DNA from: an uncultured Thermoanaerobaculia bacterium
GTDB taxonomy: Bacteria > Acidobacteriota > Thermoanaerobaculia > Thermoanaerobaculales > Sulfomarinibacteraceae
Direction of reading: 5' to 3'
Assembly: GCA_964440565.1 (NCBI GenBank)
Contig: CAYTTB010000003.1
Location: 70,353-134,352 of the forward strand
Length of the DNA stretch: 64,000 nucleotides
How positions within the stretch are numbered: position 1 is the stretch's first letter; each line of letters begins with the position of its first letter. A model generated the notes under the pieces. That model worked only from the letters and a program-made list of their open reading frames with translations. It was not told the origin of the DNA and made no database searches. A program made the translations under genes and the position numbers. This document shows, piece after piece, positions 1 through 8,748 of this stretch.

Positions 1-380
1 CTGCCGCTGCCGGTCGTCCTGCCGGCGTCACGCCGCCGCCCCGGAGATGACCTTCCCGGAGCCCGGTGCGGCGCGAGGCACGTGCGCGCTTGGACCGTGG
101 CGGCGGCGGCCGGGCGAGAGCTCGTGCCCGCCTGGCCGGGCGGGGCGGGGCGTCCCGACGAGCGAGACGGAAGCGAGGCCGCGGTCGAGACCGCGTCCGG
201 GACCGAAGCCGCACCCAGGTCCGGTGGCGTCTGCCGCTGTCGCTGCCGCGGAATCCGTTCCTCTCCCCGCTGCCGATCGCGCCTCCGCCGCGACCTCCGG
301 GGACGGTGCCACTCACCCGGCCGTTCACGCCGTCGCTTCGGGAGACGGGGTAACGGCCGCCGCCGCGACGGCGGAGGGAT

Positions 381-396
381 GTTACGGGAGAGTGAC
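381..396 (+). promoter_or_regulatory. Candidate enhancer (UAS) palindrome GTTAC-N6-GTGAC about 94 bp upstream of the dsr sigma-54 promoter
   Basis: The sequence is GTTACGGGAGAGTGAC. Its reverse complement, GTCAC-N6-GTAAC, has the same half-sites and spacing as the repeat at 14321-14336. A degenerate copy (CTCACCCGGCCGTTCAC) lies at 312-328. Confidence 0.4.
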
Positions 397-480
397 ATTC
401 CTGACTCCAGCCGGACCGGGGCCGGGGCTGGATCCTGCTGACGGCGCGAGGGTTCACTGCAGGCCGGGGCCGGACCTCGC

Positions 481-496
481 TGGCACACGCGTTGCA
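481..496 (+). promoter_or_regulatory. Sigma-54 (RpoN) -24/-12 promoter of the dsr operon
   Basis: TGGCAC-ACGCG-TTGCA is an exact match to the TGGCAC-N5-TTGCW consensus. It lies just upstream of the first operon gene. Confidence 0.7.
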
Positions 497-518
497 CCTC
501 GCGGCCGCGGGGAGGCAG

Positions 519-1082
519 GTGAGCGCGAGGGATCTGCTGAGACGGCACCGAGAGGCGGTCCGGGACCGGTGGCTGGAGCTCATCCGCTCCACCTACCCGG
601 AGGACACGGCGCGGTTCCTCCGGACGGAGCGCGATCCGTTCGCCAACCCGGTGGGGGCGGCGCTCGAGCGGGGTACGGCCGGCGTGCTCGAGGCCATCGT
701 CGCCGGCGAGCCCGAGGCGCTGGAGGGGTCGCTCGATGCGCTACTCAGGATCCGCTCGGTGCAGGACCTCTCGCCGGCGGAGGCGGTGCGGGCGGTGGCG
801 CTGCTCGAGACGGCGGCGTGGGACGTGTTCGGCGAGGAGCTCGAGCGGCTCGGGGTGGCGGCGGCGCGAGATCTCCACCGCGTGCTGGATGGGGTGCTGC
901 TGGTGGCGTTCGAGGTGTACGCGCGGTGCCGCGAGCGGCTCCACGAGGTGCGTCTCCGCGAGGCGCTGCGGCGCCGGGCGGTGGAGCTGCGCCGGGCGGC
1001 GCGGGCCCGGTCGCGGGAGGAGACGGTGGCCGCCGGGGGCGGCCGCGGCGGTGAGGTCGGGAAAGGAGGCGGCTTCCGATGA
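519..1082 (+). CDS. RsbRD-N-terminal-domain-like small cytoplasmic protein, first gene of the dsr operon
   Basis: Frame of ORF 492..1082. The TTG at 492 lies inside the -12 box, so GTG 519 after GGGGAGG (509-515) is preferred. The FANPVG and IRSVQDLSPAEAV motifs resemble the RsbRD_N family. The stop overlaps the dsrM ATG (ATGA). Confidence 0.55.
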   Translation: MSARDLLRRHREAVRDRWLELIRSTYPEDTARFLRTERDPFANPVGAALERGTAGVLEAIVAGEPEALEGSLDALLRIRSVQDLSPAEAVRAVALLETAAWDVFGEELERLGVAAARDLHRVLDGVLLVAFEVYARCRERLHEVRLREALRRRAVELRRAARARSREETVAAGGGRGGEVGKGGGFR

Positions 1083-2071
1083 AGGCGTTGGTGGCCCTTG
1101 GGATCGTGGCCGCCCTGGCCGCGGGGCTGTGGCTCGCGGCCGGGGTCGCGGCGCTCCGCCCGGTGCTGGCGGTGGGGCTGCCGTACCTGGCCATGGCGGT
1201 CTTTCTCGTGGGCATGGTGGCGCGGGTGGTCCGGTGGGGGCGCTCCCCGGTCCCGTTCCGCATCCCCACCGTGGCGGGGCAGCAGCGCTCGCTGCCGTTC
1301 CTGCGCCATGACCCGCTGGACAGCCCGTACACCGGGTGGCAGGCGGCGGCGAGGGTGGCGCTGGAGGCGCTGCTGTTCCGCTCCCTGTTCCGGAACACGA
1401 GGGCCGCCTTCACCCGCGACCGGCGCCTGGTGGACCTGCCGAGCAAGTGGCTGTGGCTCGGGGCGCTGGCGTTCCACTGGTCGTTCCTGGTGGTGCTCAT
1501 CCGCCACCTCCGCTTCTTCATGGAGCCGGTCCCGCGGGCGGTGCTCCTGCTCGAGCGGCTGGACGGCCTGTTCCAGGTGGCGGTGCCCGCCCTTCTCGTC
1601 ACGGACGTGGTGATCGCTGCGGCGTTGCTGTACCTGCTGGGGCGCCGGCTCCTCGACGCCCGCCTCCGGTACATCTCGCTTCCCGCCGATTACGTCCCGC
1701 TGTTCCTCCTCCTGGGGATCGTGGGCAGCGGGATCCTCATGCGCTACGTGGACAAGGTGGACCTGGTCGCGGTCAAGGAACTGGCGCTGGGTCTGGTCAC
1801 GCTGAGCCCGGTGGTTCCGGAGGGTCTCGGGGTGCCGTTCGTGGTCCACCTGGGTCTGGTCTCGGCGCTGTTCCTCTACTTCCCGTTCTCGAAGCTGGTC
1901 CACATGGGCGGGGTGTTCCTGAGCCCCACCCGCAACCTGGCCAACGACAGCAGGGCTCGCCGCCACGTCAACCCGTGGAACCGGCCGGTGGAGGTCCACA
2001 CCTACGAGCAGTGGGAGGAGGAGTTCCGCGACAAGCTCCGGGCGGCGGGCCTGCCGGTGGAGGGGGAGTGA
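1079..2071 (+). CDS. dsrM: DsrM, NarI-like membrane di-heme b subunit of the DsrMKJOP complex
   Basis: 330 aa and polytopic, with the FPFSKLVHMGG motif. AAGGAGG lies 10 nt upstream of the ATG. Followed by dsrKJOP. Confidence 0.9.
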   Translation: MKALVALGIVAALAAGLWLAAGVAALRPVLAVGLPYLAMAVFLVGMVARVVRWGRSPVPFRIPTVAGQQRSLPFLRHDPLDSPYTGWQAAARVALEALLFRSLFRNTRAAFTRDRRLVDLPSKWLWLGALAFHWSFLVVLIRHLRFFMEPVPRAVLLLERLDGLFQVAVPALLVTDVVIAAALLYLLGRRLLDARLRYISLPADYVPLFLLLGIVGSGILMRYVDKVDLVAVKELALGLVTLSPVVPEGLGVPFVVHLGLVSALFLYFPFSKLVHMGGVFLSPTRNLANDSRARRHVNPWNRPVEVHTYEQWEEEFRDKLRAAGLPVEGE

Positions 2072-3678
2072 TGGCTGCGAAGACACCGGACGAGCTGCTC
2101 CAGATCGAGCTGGCGCCGCCGGCCGAGGACTGGATGGACCCGCACCTCGACTTCGAGGCCCGGCGCGGCACCTGGTCGTACCCCGGCGCGCCGAAGAACC
2201 TCGAGTACATGGGGTTCCCCAACCCGCGCGAGTGGTCCCCCACGGACGAGGACTGGAAGCTCCCCCCGGACTGGAGGGAGATCGTCCACCGGGGGTTCCT
2301 CGACCTGCTCCGGCGGTTCCGGTCGCTCCGGGTGTTCATGGACTGCTGCGTGCGGTGCGGGGCGTGCGCCGACAAGTGCCACTTCTTCCTGGGCTCGGGC
2401 GATCCCAAGAACATGCCCGTGCTGCGCGCCGAGCTGCTCAGGTCGGTCTACCGGAGGGACTTCACCACCGCGGGGAAGATCCTCGGGCGGCTCGCGGGTG
2501 CGCGCGAGCTCACCGTGGACGTGATCAAGGAGTGGTTCTACTACTTCTACCAGTGCACCGAGTGCCGCCGCTGCTCGGTGTTCTGCCCGTACGGGATCGA
2601 CACCGCCGAGATCACGATGATGGCCCGGGAGCTGCTCAACCTCCTGGGCATCAACATCAACTGGGTGGTGGAGCCGGTCGCCAACTGCCACCGCACCGGC
2701 AACCACCTGGGAATCCAGCCGCACACCTTCAAGGACAACATCGAGTTCCTCTGCGAGGAGCTCGAGGACGTCACCGGCATCCACATCGAGCCGCCCATCA
2801 ACAAGAAGGGGGCGGAGGTCCTGTTCGTGGTGCCGTCCGCCGACTACTTCGCCGACCCCGGCATCTACACCTTCATGGGGTACCTGCTGCTGTTCGAGCA
2901 CATCGGCCTCGACTACACCCTCTCCGCCTACGCCTCCGAGGGCGGGAACTTCGGCCTGTTCCTCTCCCACGACACCATGAAGCGGCTCAACTACAAGATC
3001 TACGCGGAGGCCAGGCGGCTGGGCGTCAAGTGGATCCTCGGCGGCGAGTGTGGCCACATGTGGCGCGTGATCCACCAGTACATGGACACCATGAACGGCC
3101 CCGCCGACTTCCTCGAGGTCCCGCGGTCCCCCGTGACCGGCACCGTGTTCGAGCACGCGGCGTCCACCCGGATGGTCCACATCTGCGAGTTCACCGCCGA
3201 CCTGATCCGCCACGGCAAGCTCCGGCTCGACCCGTCGCGCAACGATCACCTCAGGGTCACCTTCCACGACTCGTGCAACCCGTCGCGCGCCATGGGGCTG
3301 CTCGAGGAGCCGCGGTACGTGCTGCGGCACGTGGTGAACCACTTCCACGAGATGCCGGAGGGGACGATCCGGGAGAACACGTTCTGCTGCGGCTCCGGCG
3401 CCGGCCTCGGCAACGACGAGAACATGGAGATGCGGATGCGGGGCGGGTTCCCGCGCGCCAACGCGGTGCGCCACGTTCACGAGAGGCACGGCGTCAACCT
3501 GCTCGCCTGCATCTGCGCCATCGACCGGGCGGTGCTGCCGACCCTCATGGAGTTCTGGGTCCCCGAGGTGAAGGTCTCCGGAGTGCACGAGCTGGTCGGC
3601 AACGCGCTGGTGATGGACGGCGAGAAGGAGCGGACCACCGATCTGCGCGGGGAGCCGCTCCCCGGAAGGGAGGGCTGA
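2071..3678 (+). CDS. dsrK: DsrK, HdrD-like Fe-S/CCG-domain catalytic subunit
   Basis: Internal ATG of ORF 1336..3678, at the dsrM stop. Carries CCVRCGACADKCHFF and CTECRRCSVFCPYGID ferredoxin motifs. CCG-type halves are ECGHMW..HDSCNPSR and FCCGSGAG..CICAIDR. Confidence 0.92.
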   Translation: MAAKTPDELLQIELAPPAEDWMDPHLDFEARRGTWSYPGAPKNLEYMGFPNPREWSPTDEDWKLPPDWREIVHRGFLDLLRRFRSLRVFMDCCVRCGACADKCHFFLGSGDPKNMPVLRAELLRSVYRRDFTTAGKILGRLAGARELTVDVIKEWFYYFYQCTECRRCSVFCPYGIDTAEITMMARELLNLLGININWVVEPVANCHRTGNHLGIQPHTFKDNIEFLCEELEDVTGIHIEPPINKKGAEVLFVVPSADYFADPGIYTFMGYLLLFEHIGLDYTLSAYASEGGNFGLFLSHDTMKRLNYKIYAEARRLGVKWILGGECGHMWRVIHQYMDTMNGPADFLEVPRSPVTGTVFEHAASTRMVHICEFTADLIRHGKLRLDPSRNDHLRVTFHDSCNPSRAMGLLEEPRYVLRHVVNHFHEMPEGTIRENTFCCGSGAGLGNDENMEMRMRGGFPRANAVRHVHERHGVNLLACICAIDRAVLPTLMEFWVPEVKVSGVHELVGNALVMDGEKERTTDLRGEPLPGREG

Positions 3679-4064
3679 TGTACGACGCGGGCAAGATCGT
3701 CCCGGGGATCGTGATCTTCCTGCTGCTCGCCACCCTGCCGGTGTGGTGGAGCCTGGCCTCGGGCCAGGAGGTGCGCGCGCCCCGTCTCGAGCTGCCGGAG
3801 GGGCAGCCGGGGTGCGTGGAGCCGGCCGCGCGGATGCGCGCGGTGCACATGGAGCTGCTCGACACCTGGCGGGACCAGGTCGTGCGGTCCGGCGACCGGA
3901 CCTTCGTCACCTGGGACGGCCGGCGGTACGAGAAGAGCCTCACGGGGACGTGCCTCGGCTGCCACGACGACACGACGACGTTCTGCGACCGCTGCCACGA
4001 CTACGTGGCGGTCTCCCCCTACTGCTGGCAGTGTCACGTGGCTCGGAAGGGGGGTGGGCGATGA
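3678..4064 (+). CDS. dsrJ: DsrJ, periplasmic tri-heme cytochrome c
   Basis: 128 aa with an N-terminal TM/signal and three CxxCH motifs (CLGCH, CDRCH, CWQCH). The ATG overlaps the dsrK stop. Confidence 0.85.
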   Translation: MYDAGKIVPGIVIFLLLATLPVWWSLASGQEVRAPRLELPEGQPGCVEPAARMRAVHMELLDTWRDQVVRSGDRTFVTWDGRRYEKSLTGTCLGCHDDTTTFCDRCHDYVAVSPYCWQCHVARKGGGR

Positions 4065-4822
4065 GCTGCGACCGCAGGGGATTCCTCAGGCTCGCGGGGC
4101 TCGCGGCGCTGGCGGCCGCGGGGCGGCCGGCACGGGCGCGGGCGCAGGGGCCGCTGATCCCGGTGGAGGCACCGCTTCGGGGGACGCGGTGGGCGATGGT
4201 GGTGGACCTCGCCGTCTGCCGGGCGCACCCCGACTGCAGGCGGTGCATCGAGGCCTGCGACCGGACGCACAACATCCCCCACCTCGACGACCGCAGGCAC
4301 GAGATCAAGTGGATCTGGAAGGAGCCGTTCGAGCACGCGTTCCGCGACCAGGAGTTCGGCTACGTCCGTGCCGAGCTGCGCGAGGGCCCGGTGCCGCTGC
4401 TCTGCAACCACTGCGACAACCCGCCGTGCGTGCGGGTGTGCCCGACCCGGGCCACCTGGCGGCGCACGGACGGGATCGTGATGATGGACTGGCACCGGTG
4501 CATCGGCTGCCGCTACTGCGTCGCCGCCTGCCCGTACGGGTCGCGCAGTTTCAACTGGGTGGATCCCCGCCCGCACATCCCCGAGGTGAACCGCTCGTAC
4601 CCGACGCGGACCCGGGGCGTGGTGGAGAAGTGCACGTTCTGCGAGGAGCGGCTGGCGCACGGGAAGCTCCCCGCCTGCGTCGAGGCGTGCCCGTACGGCG
4701 CGCTGGTGTTCGGAGACATGGGCGATCCGGACTCGCGGGTGCGGCGGCTGCTGGCGGAGCGGTTCGCGATCCGGCGCAGGCCCTCGCTCGGGACGCAGCC
4801 GCAGGTCTACTACCTGGTGTGA
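4061..4822 (+). CDS. dsrO: DsrO, Tat-exported ferredoxin-like Fe-S subunit
   Basis: Twin-arginine signal DRRGFLRLAG and multiple CxxCxxCxxxCP clusters (CNHCDNPPCVRVCP, CIGCRYCVAACP, CTFCEERL). The ATG overlaps the dsrJ stop. Confidence 0.9.
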   Translation: MSCDRRGFLRLAGLAALAAAGRPARARAQGPLIPVEAPLRGTRWAMVVDLAVCRAHPDCRRCIEACDRTHNIPHLDDRRHEIKWIWKEPFEHAFRDQEFGYVRAELREGPVPLLCNHCDNPPCVRVCPTRATWRRTDGIVMMDWHRCIGCRYCVAACPYGSRSFNWVDPRPHIPEVNRSYPTRTRGVVEKCTFCEERLAHGKLPACVEACPYGALVFGDMGDPDSRVRRLLAERFAIRRRPSLGTQPQVYYLV

Positions 4823-4823
4823 G

Positions 4824-5987
4824 GTGACCATGCTGGAGAAGGCGCTTTCCGGTGACCGGCGGTACTGGGGGTGGGTGGCGCTGCTGGGCGCGATCGTCCT
4901 GGTCGGCTTCCTCAACTACCTCCGCCAGCTGGAGGTGGGCCTTGGCATCACCGGGATGTCCAGGGACGTCACCTGGGGGTTCTACATCGCGCAGTTCACC
5001 TTCCTGGTGGGCGTGGCGGCGTCGGCCGTCATGGTGGTGCTCCCGTACTACCTCCACAGCTTCAAGGTGTTCGCCAGGATCACGATCCTCGGCGAGTTCC
5101 TGGCGGTGGCGGCGGTGACCATGTGCCTGCTGTTCATCGTCGTGGACCTCGGCCAGCCCGGGCGGATGTTCAACATCGTGCTCCACCCGACGCCGCACTC
5201 GATCCTGTTCTGGGACATGATCGTCCTCAACGGGTACCTGCTCCTCAACGTGGTGATCACCCGGGTCACGCTGCTCGCCGAGCGGAAGGGGGAGCCGCCG
5301 CCGCGGTGGATCAAGCCGGTGATCTACCTCTCCATCCCGTGGGCGATCAGCATTCACACCGTGACCGCGTTCATCTACTCCGGACTCGCGGCGCGGCCGT
5401 TCTGGCTGACGGCGATCCTGGCTCCCCGCTTCCTGGCCTCGGCGTTCGCGTCCGGCCCGGCGCTGCTCGTCCTGCTCTGCCTGATACTGCGCCGGTTCTC
5501 CTCCTGGGATCCCGGGCTCGAGGCGATCGGGAAGCTGGCGGTGATCGTCACCTACGCCATGGCCATCAACGTGTTCTTCGTCCTCGTCGAGCTCTTCACC
5601 GCGCTCTACTCCGACATCCCGGAGCACGTGGTCCACTTCCGCTACCTGTACCTCGGGCTCGACGGCCACTCCCGGCTCGTGCCGTGGATGTGGGCCTCCG
5701 CGGTGCTCTCGGTGGTCTCGCTGGTCCTGCTCCTCGTCCCGGCGGCCCGTCGGCGGCCGGGCACGCTGGCCATCGCCTGCGCGGCCGTGTTCGTGGCCAT
5801 CTGGATCGACAAGGGGCTGGGGATGGTGGTGACGGGCTTCATTCCCAACCCGCTGGGCGAGATCACCGAGTACTGGCCCACGCTCCCCGAGGCGCTCATC
5901 GCGCTGGGCGTCTACGGCGTCGGGGCGCTCATGACCACGGTCTTCTACAGGATCGCGCTCGCGGTACGCCGGGAGGCGGAGGGGTGA
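4824..5987 (+). CDS. dsrP: DsrP, NrfD/PsrC-like integral membrane quinone-interacting subunit
   Basis: 387 aa with about 10 TM helices. Starts 2 nt after the dsrO stop; GTG 4824 or ATG 4830. Confidence 0.88.
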   Translation: MTMLEKALSGDRRYWGWVALLGAIVLVGFLNYLRQLEVGLGITGMSRDVTWGFYIAQFTFLVGVAASAVMVVLPYYLHSFKVFARITILGEFLAVAAVTMCLLFIVVDLGQPGRMFNIVLHPTPHSILFWDMIVLNGYLLLNVVITRVTLLAERKGEPPPRWIKPVIYLSIPWAISIHTVTAFIYSGLAARPFWLTAILAPRFLASAFASGPALLVLLCLILRRFSSWDPGLEAIGKLAVIVTYAMAINVFFVLVELFTALYSDIPEHVVHFRYLYLGLDGHSRLVPWMWASAVLSVVSLVLLLVPAARRRPGTLAIACAAVFVAIWIDKGLGMVVTGFIPNPLGEITEYWPTLPEALIALGVYGVGALMTTVFYRIALAVRREAEG

Positions 5988-5988
5988 G

Positions 5989-7653
5989 ATGAGCGCGCCA
6001 CCCCGCCGGGTGGTGGTGGTGGGGGCCTCGGCGGCGGGGCTCCGGTGCGCGGCCCGCCTGAAGCGGCTCCTCCCGGACTGCCGCGTCACGGTGGTGGAGG
6101 AGCGGGCGGCGTTCTCGTACGCGGCCTGCGGGCTGCCGTACGTGCTCTCGGGCGACATCGCCGAGCTCGACGACCTCCGGCGGACGGCCTACGGGGCGAT
6201 CCGCGACCGGCGGTACTTCGAGGCGGTGAAGGGGATCGAGCTCCTGGAGGGCCACCGGGCGGTGGCCGTGGATCCGGATCGCCGGCTCGTGACCGTGGAG
6301 GGCCCCTCGGGGCCACACGAGCTCGGCTGGGACGATCTGGTCCTCGCCACCGGCGCCCGGGGGCGCCGGCTCCCGGGCCAGCCGGAGCACCCGCGGGTGC
6401 GCACCTTCCACACCTGGGACGACGTGGCCCCCCTGAAGCGAGCCCTGGCGCGGGGCGAGCTCGAGCGGGTGGCGGTGGTGGGCGCGGGGATGGTGGGGGT
6501 GGAGCTCGCGGAGGCGTTCCGCTCGCTGTGGGGCGCGGAGGTCACGGTCCTGGAGGCCGCGCCGCACCCGCTCCCGGCGGTGCTGGACCCGGAGCCCGCG
6601 GCGCTGGTCGCGGCGGAGCTCGAGCGCCAGGGGGTGGACCTGCGGTGCGGGGCCCCGGTCGGGGCCGTCGTGCCGGACGGGGAGGCGGTGGCCGTGCGGG
6701 TCGGCGGCGAGGAGCTCCGGGTGGACGCGGTGGTGGTGGCGGTGGGCGTGGAGCCGCGGGGGGAGCTCGCGCGGGCCGCGGGGGTCGAGCTCGGGGCCAC
6801 CGGGGCGATCCGGGTGGACGGGCGGCTGGCCACCTCCGTGCCCCACGTCTGGGCGGCGGGGGACTGCGTGGAGGTGACGCACGCCGTCACGGGCGAGCGG
6901 GTGCACCTGCCGCTCGGGTCGCTGGCCAACCGCCAGGGGCGCGTCCTGGCCAACGTGCTCGCGGGCCGCGACGACCGGTTCGGGCCGGTGGCCGGGACGG
7001 TGGCGGTGAAGGCGTTCGACCTGGTGGCGGCGGCGACGGGGTGCTCGCTCGAGGCCGCACGGGCCCGCGGGCTGGCGGCGCGGGCGATATGGGTGACCAC
7101 CGACGACCGCGCCCACTACTGGCCGGAGGCGGAGCGCCTGTACCTCGAGGCGGTGGTGGAGGAGGGGAGCGGACGGCTGCTGGGGGTGCAGGCGGTGGGA
7201 CGCGATCGTGCGGCGGCCGCGGTGGATCTGGCCGCCCAGGTGATCCTGGCCGGGGGGACGGCGGACGACCTGCTGCGGATCGAGCACGGCTACGCGCCGC
7301 CGGTGGCGCCGGCGCTCAGCCCGCTGCACGTGCTGGCCGCCGCCGCGGCCAACGCGGTGGAGGGGGTGCGCCCGCTGCCGCCGCGCTCCACCCCCGGCGA
7401 GAGGGCCGTCCTCGACGTCCGCCTCCCGGAGGAGCGGGAGGCCCGGCCGTGGCCCGGGAGGTCGCGTCACGTGCCGCTCGAGGAGCTGCGGTCGCGGCTC
7501 GGGGAGGTGGCCGCCGGCGGGCCGTGGCTGGTGGTGTGCGAGCGGGGCGCCAGGTCCGCGGAGGCGGTCAGGCTCCTCTCCGCGACGGGGGTGGACGCGG
7601 TGTACCTCGGCGGCGGGATGCTCTGGCGGCACGCGGCGGGAGGCGGGCCGTGA
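5989..7653 (+). CDS. CoA-disulfide reductase-family flavoprotein with C-terminal rhodanese domain (persulfide/polysulfide reductase-like)
   Basis: VVVVGASAAG FAD fold, redox Cys in SYAACGLPY, a second dinucleotide fold VAVVGAGMVG, and C-terminal rhodanese loop CERGARS. Confidence 0.85.
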   Translation: MSAPPRRVVVVGASAAGLRCAARLKRLLPDCRVTVVEERAAFSYAACGLPYVLSGDIAELDDLRRTAYGAIRDRRYFEAVKGIELLEGHRAVAVDPDRRLVTVEGPSGPHELGWDDLVLATGARGRRLPGQPEHPRVRTFHTWDDVAPLKRALARGELERVAVVGAGMVGVELAEAFRSLWGAEVTVLEAAPHPLPAVLDPEPAALVAAELERQGVDLRCGAPVGAVVPDGEAVAVRVGGEELRVDAVVVAVGVEPRGELARAAGVELGATGAIRVDGRLATSVPHVWAAGDCVEVTHAVTGERVHLPLGSLANRQGRVLANVLAGRDDRFGPVAGTVAVKAFDLVAAATGCSLEAARARGLAARAIWVTTDDRAHYWPEAERLYLEAVVEEGSGRLLGVQAVGRDRAAAAVDLAAQVILAGGTADDLLRIEHGYAPPVAPALSPLHVLAAAAANAVEGVRPLPPRSTPGERAVLDVRLPEEREARPWPGRSRHVPLEELRSRLGEVAAGGPWLVVCERGARSAEAVRLLSATGVDAVYLGGGMLWRHAAGGGP

Positions 7654-8705
7654 GCTCCCCCGGGGTGGTCATGGTGGGAGTCCACCACCGGGCGGCGGAG
7701 CCCGGCGCCGTGGAGCGTGCCCACCGGGCGGCCGGGGGCGCGGGCCTCGGCCCCGTCCTCGCGGCCGGCGCCGCGGGCGCGGTGGCGGTGGTGACCTGCC
7801 ACCGGGTGGAGCTGTACCTGGAGGGCTGCCCGGCGGTGCGCGCCCCGGAGCTGCTCCGGGCGTGGGGCGGGGCCGCGGCGGGCCGCCTGGTGGACGCGGG
7901 GGAGGTGGTGGTGCTGGCGGGCGAGGCCGCCGGACGGCACCTGCTGCGGGTCGCGGCCGGCCTCGAGGCGGCGGTGCTGGGCGACGACCAGGTGCTGGGC
8001 CAGGTCCGGGAGGCGTACGCCGCGGCGTGCCGCGCCCGCGCGGCAGGGCCGCTCGTGCACCGGCTGTTCCACGCCGCGTTCCGGGCCGGCAAGCGGGTGC
8101 GGTCCGAGACCGGCCTGGGCCGCGGCGGCCGCTCCCTGGCGGGGGTGGCGGCGGCGGAGATCGGGCGCCGCCTGGGGGGGCTGCGGGGGCGGTCGGTGCT
8201 GGTGCTCGGAGCGGGCGAGATGGCCTCGCTGACCGCGCGCCGCCTGGCGCGGCGCGGCGTCGGGCGGATCGTGGTGAGCAACCGCACGTCGGAGCGGGCC
8301 CGAGCGCTGGCCGCACGGGTGGGCGGCGAGGCGGTGCCCTGGTCGTGGCGGGTGGCGGCGCTTTCCGCGGCGGACGCGGTGGTGGTGGGCACCGCGGCGC
8401 GCGGGCCGGTGCTCGCCGCGGCGGAGCTCGCGGCCGCCGCCCGCCGGCGGGGCCGGCTGGTCGCCGTGGACCTCTCCATGCCGCGCAACCTGGAGCGGCC
8501 CGCCGGCCAGGTGCCCGGGCTCGAGGTGCTGGACCTCGAGGCGCTGGCCGGCTGTCTGGATGGGGAGCGGCGGCGCCGGGAGGGCGAGGTGCGGCGGGCG
8601 GAGCGGATCGTGGAGGAGGAGCTGAGCGCCTGGCTCGCGTGGGTCTCGGAGCGGGCGGCGCGGGAGGGCGGGGAACGGGGACGGCGCGGGCTGGCGGCGG
8701 GCTGA
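7650..8705 (+). CDS. hemA: Glutamyl-tRNA reductase
   Basis: Tail of ORF 6045..8705. Has the active-site motif TCHRVELY (TCNRxE family signature) and NADPH fold VLVLGAGEMA. GTG 7650 overlaps the previous stop; ATG 7671 is an alternative start. Confidence 0.8.
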   Translation: MSSPGVVMVGVHHRAAEPGAVERAHRAAGGAGLGPVLAAGAAGAVAVVTCHRVELYLEGCPAVRAPELLRAWGGAAAGRLVDAGEVVVLAGEAAGRHLLRVAAGLEAAVLGDDQVLGQVREAYAAACRARAAGPLVHRLFHAAFRAGKRVRSETGLGRGGRSLAGVAAAEIGRRLGGLRGRSVLVLGAGEMASLTARRLARRGVGRIVVSNRTSERARALAARVGGEAVPWSWRVAALSAADAVVVGTAARGPVLAAAELAAAARRRGRLVAVDLSMPRNLERPAGQVPGLEVLDLEALAGCLDGERRRREGEVRRAERIVEEELSAWLAWVSERAAREGGERGRRGLAAG

Positions 8706-8748
8706 GGACGGCGTCGCGGGACGGCGCGCGACGAGAGGGGGGGAGGAC

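Noticed and set aside
1-480. ORFs 47..1054 (+), 66..353 (+), 82..441 (+) and 28..312 (-) in the first 480 bp.
   Set aside because: They have the same low-complexity composition, no RBS or motifs, and the region carries promoter and enhancer-like elements. It was treated as non-coding, but a gene ending left of the window cannot be excluded.
492-518. TTG 492 as the start of the first dsr-operon gene, as given by the ORF track.
   Set aside because: The TTG is the TTGC of the sigma-54 -12 box itself. Transcription would begin downstream of it, so GTG 519 with GGGGAGG is used instead.
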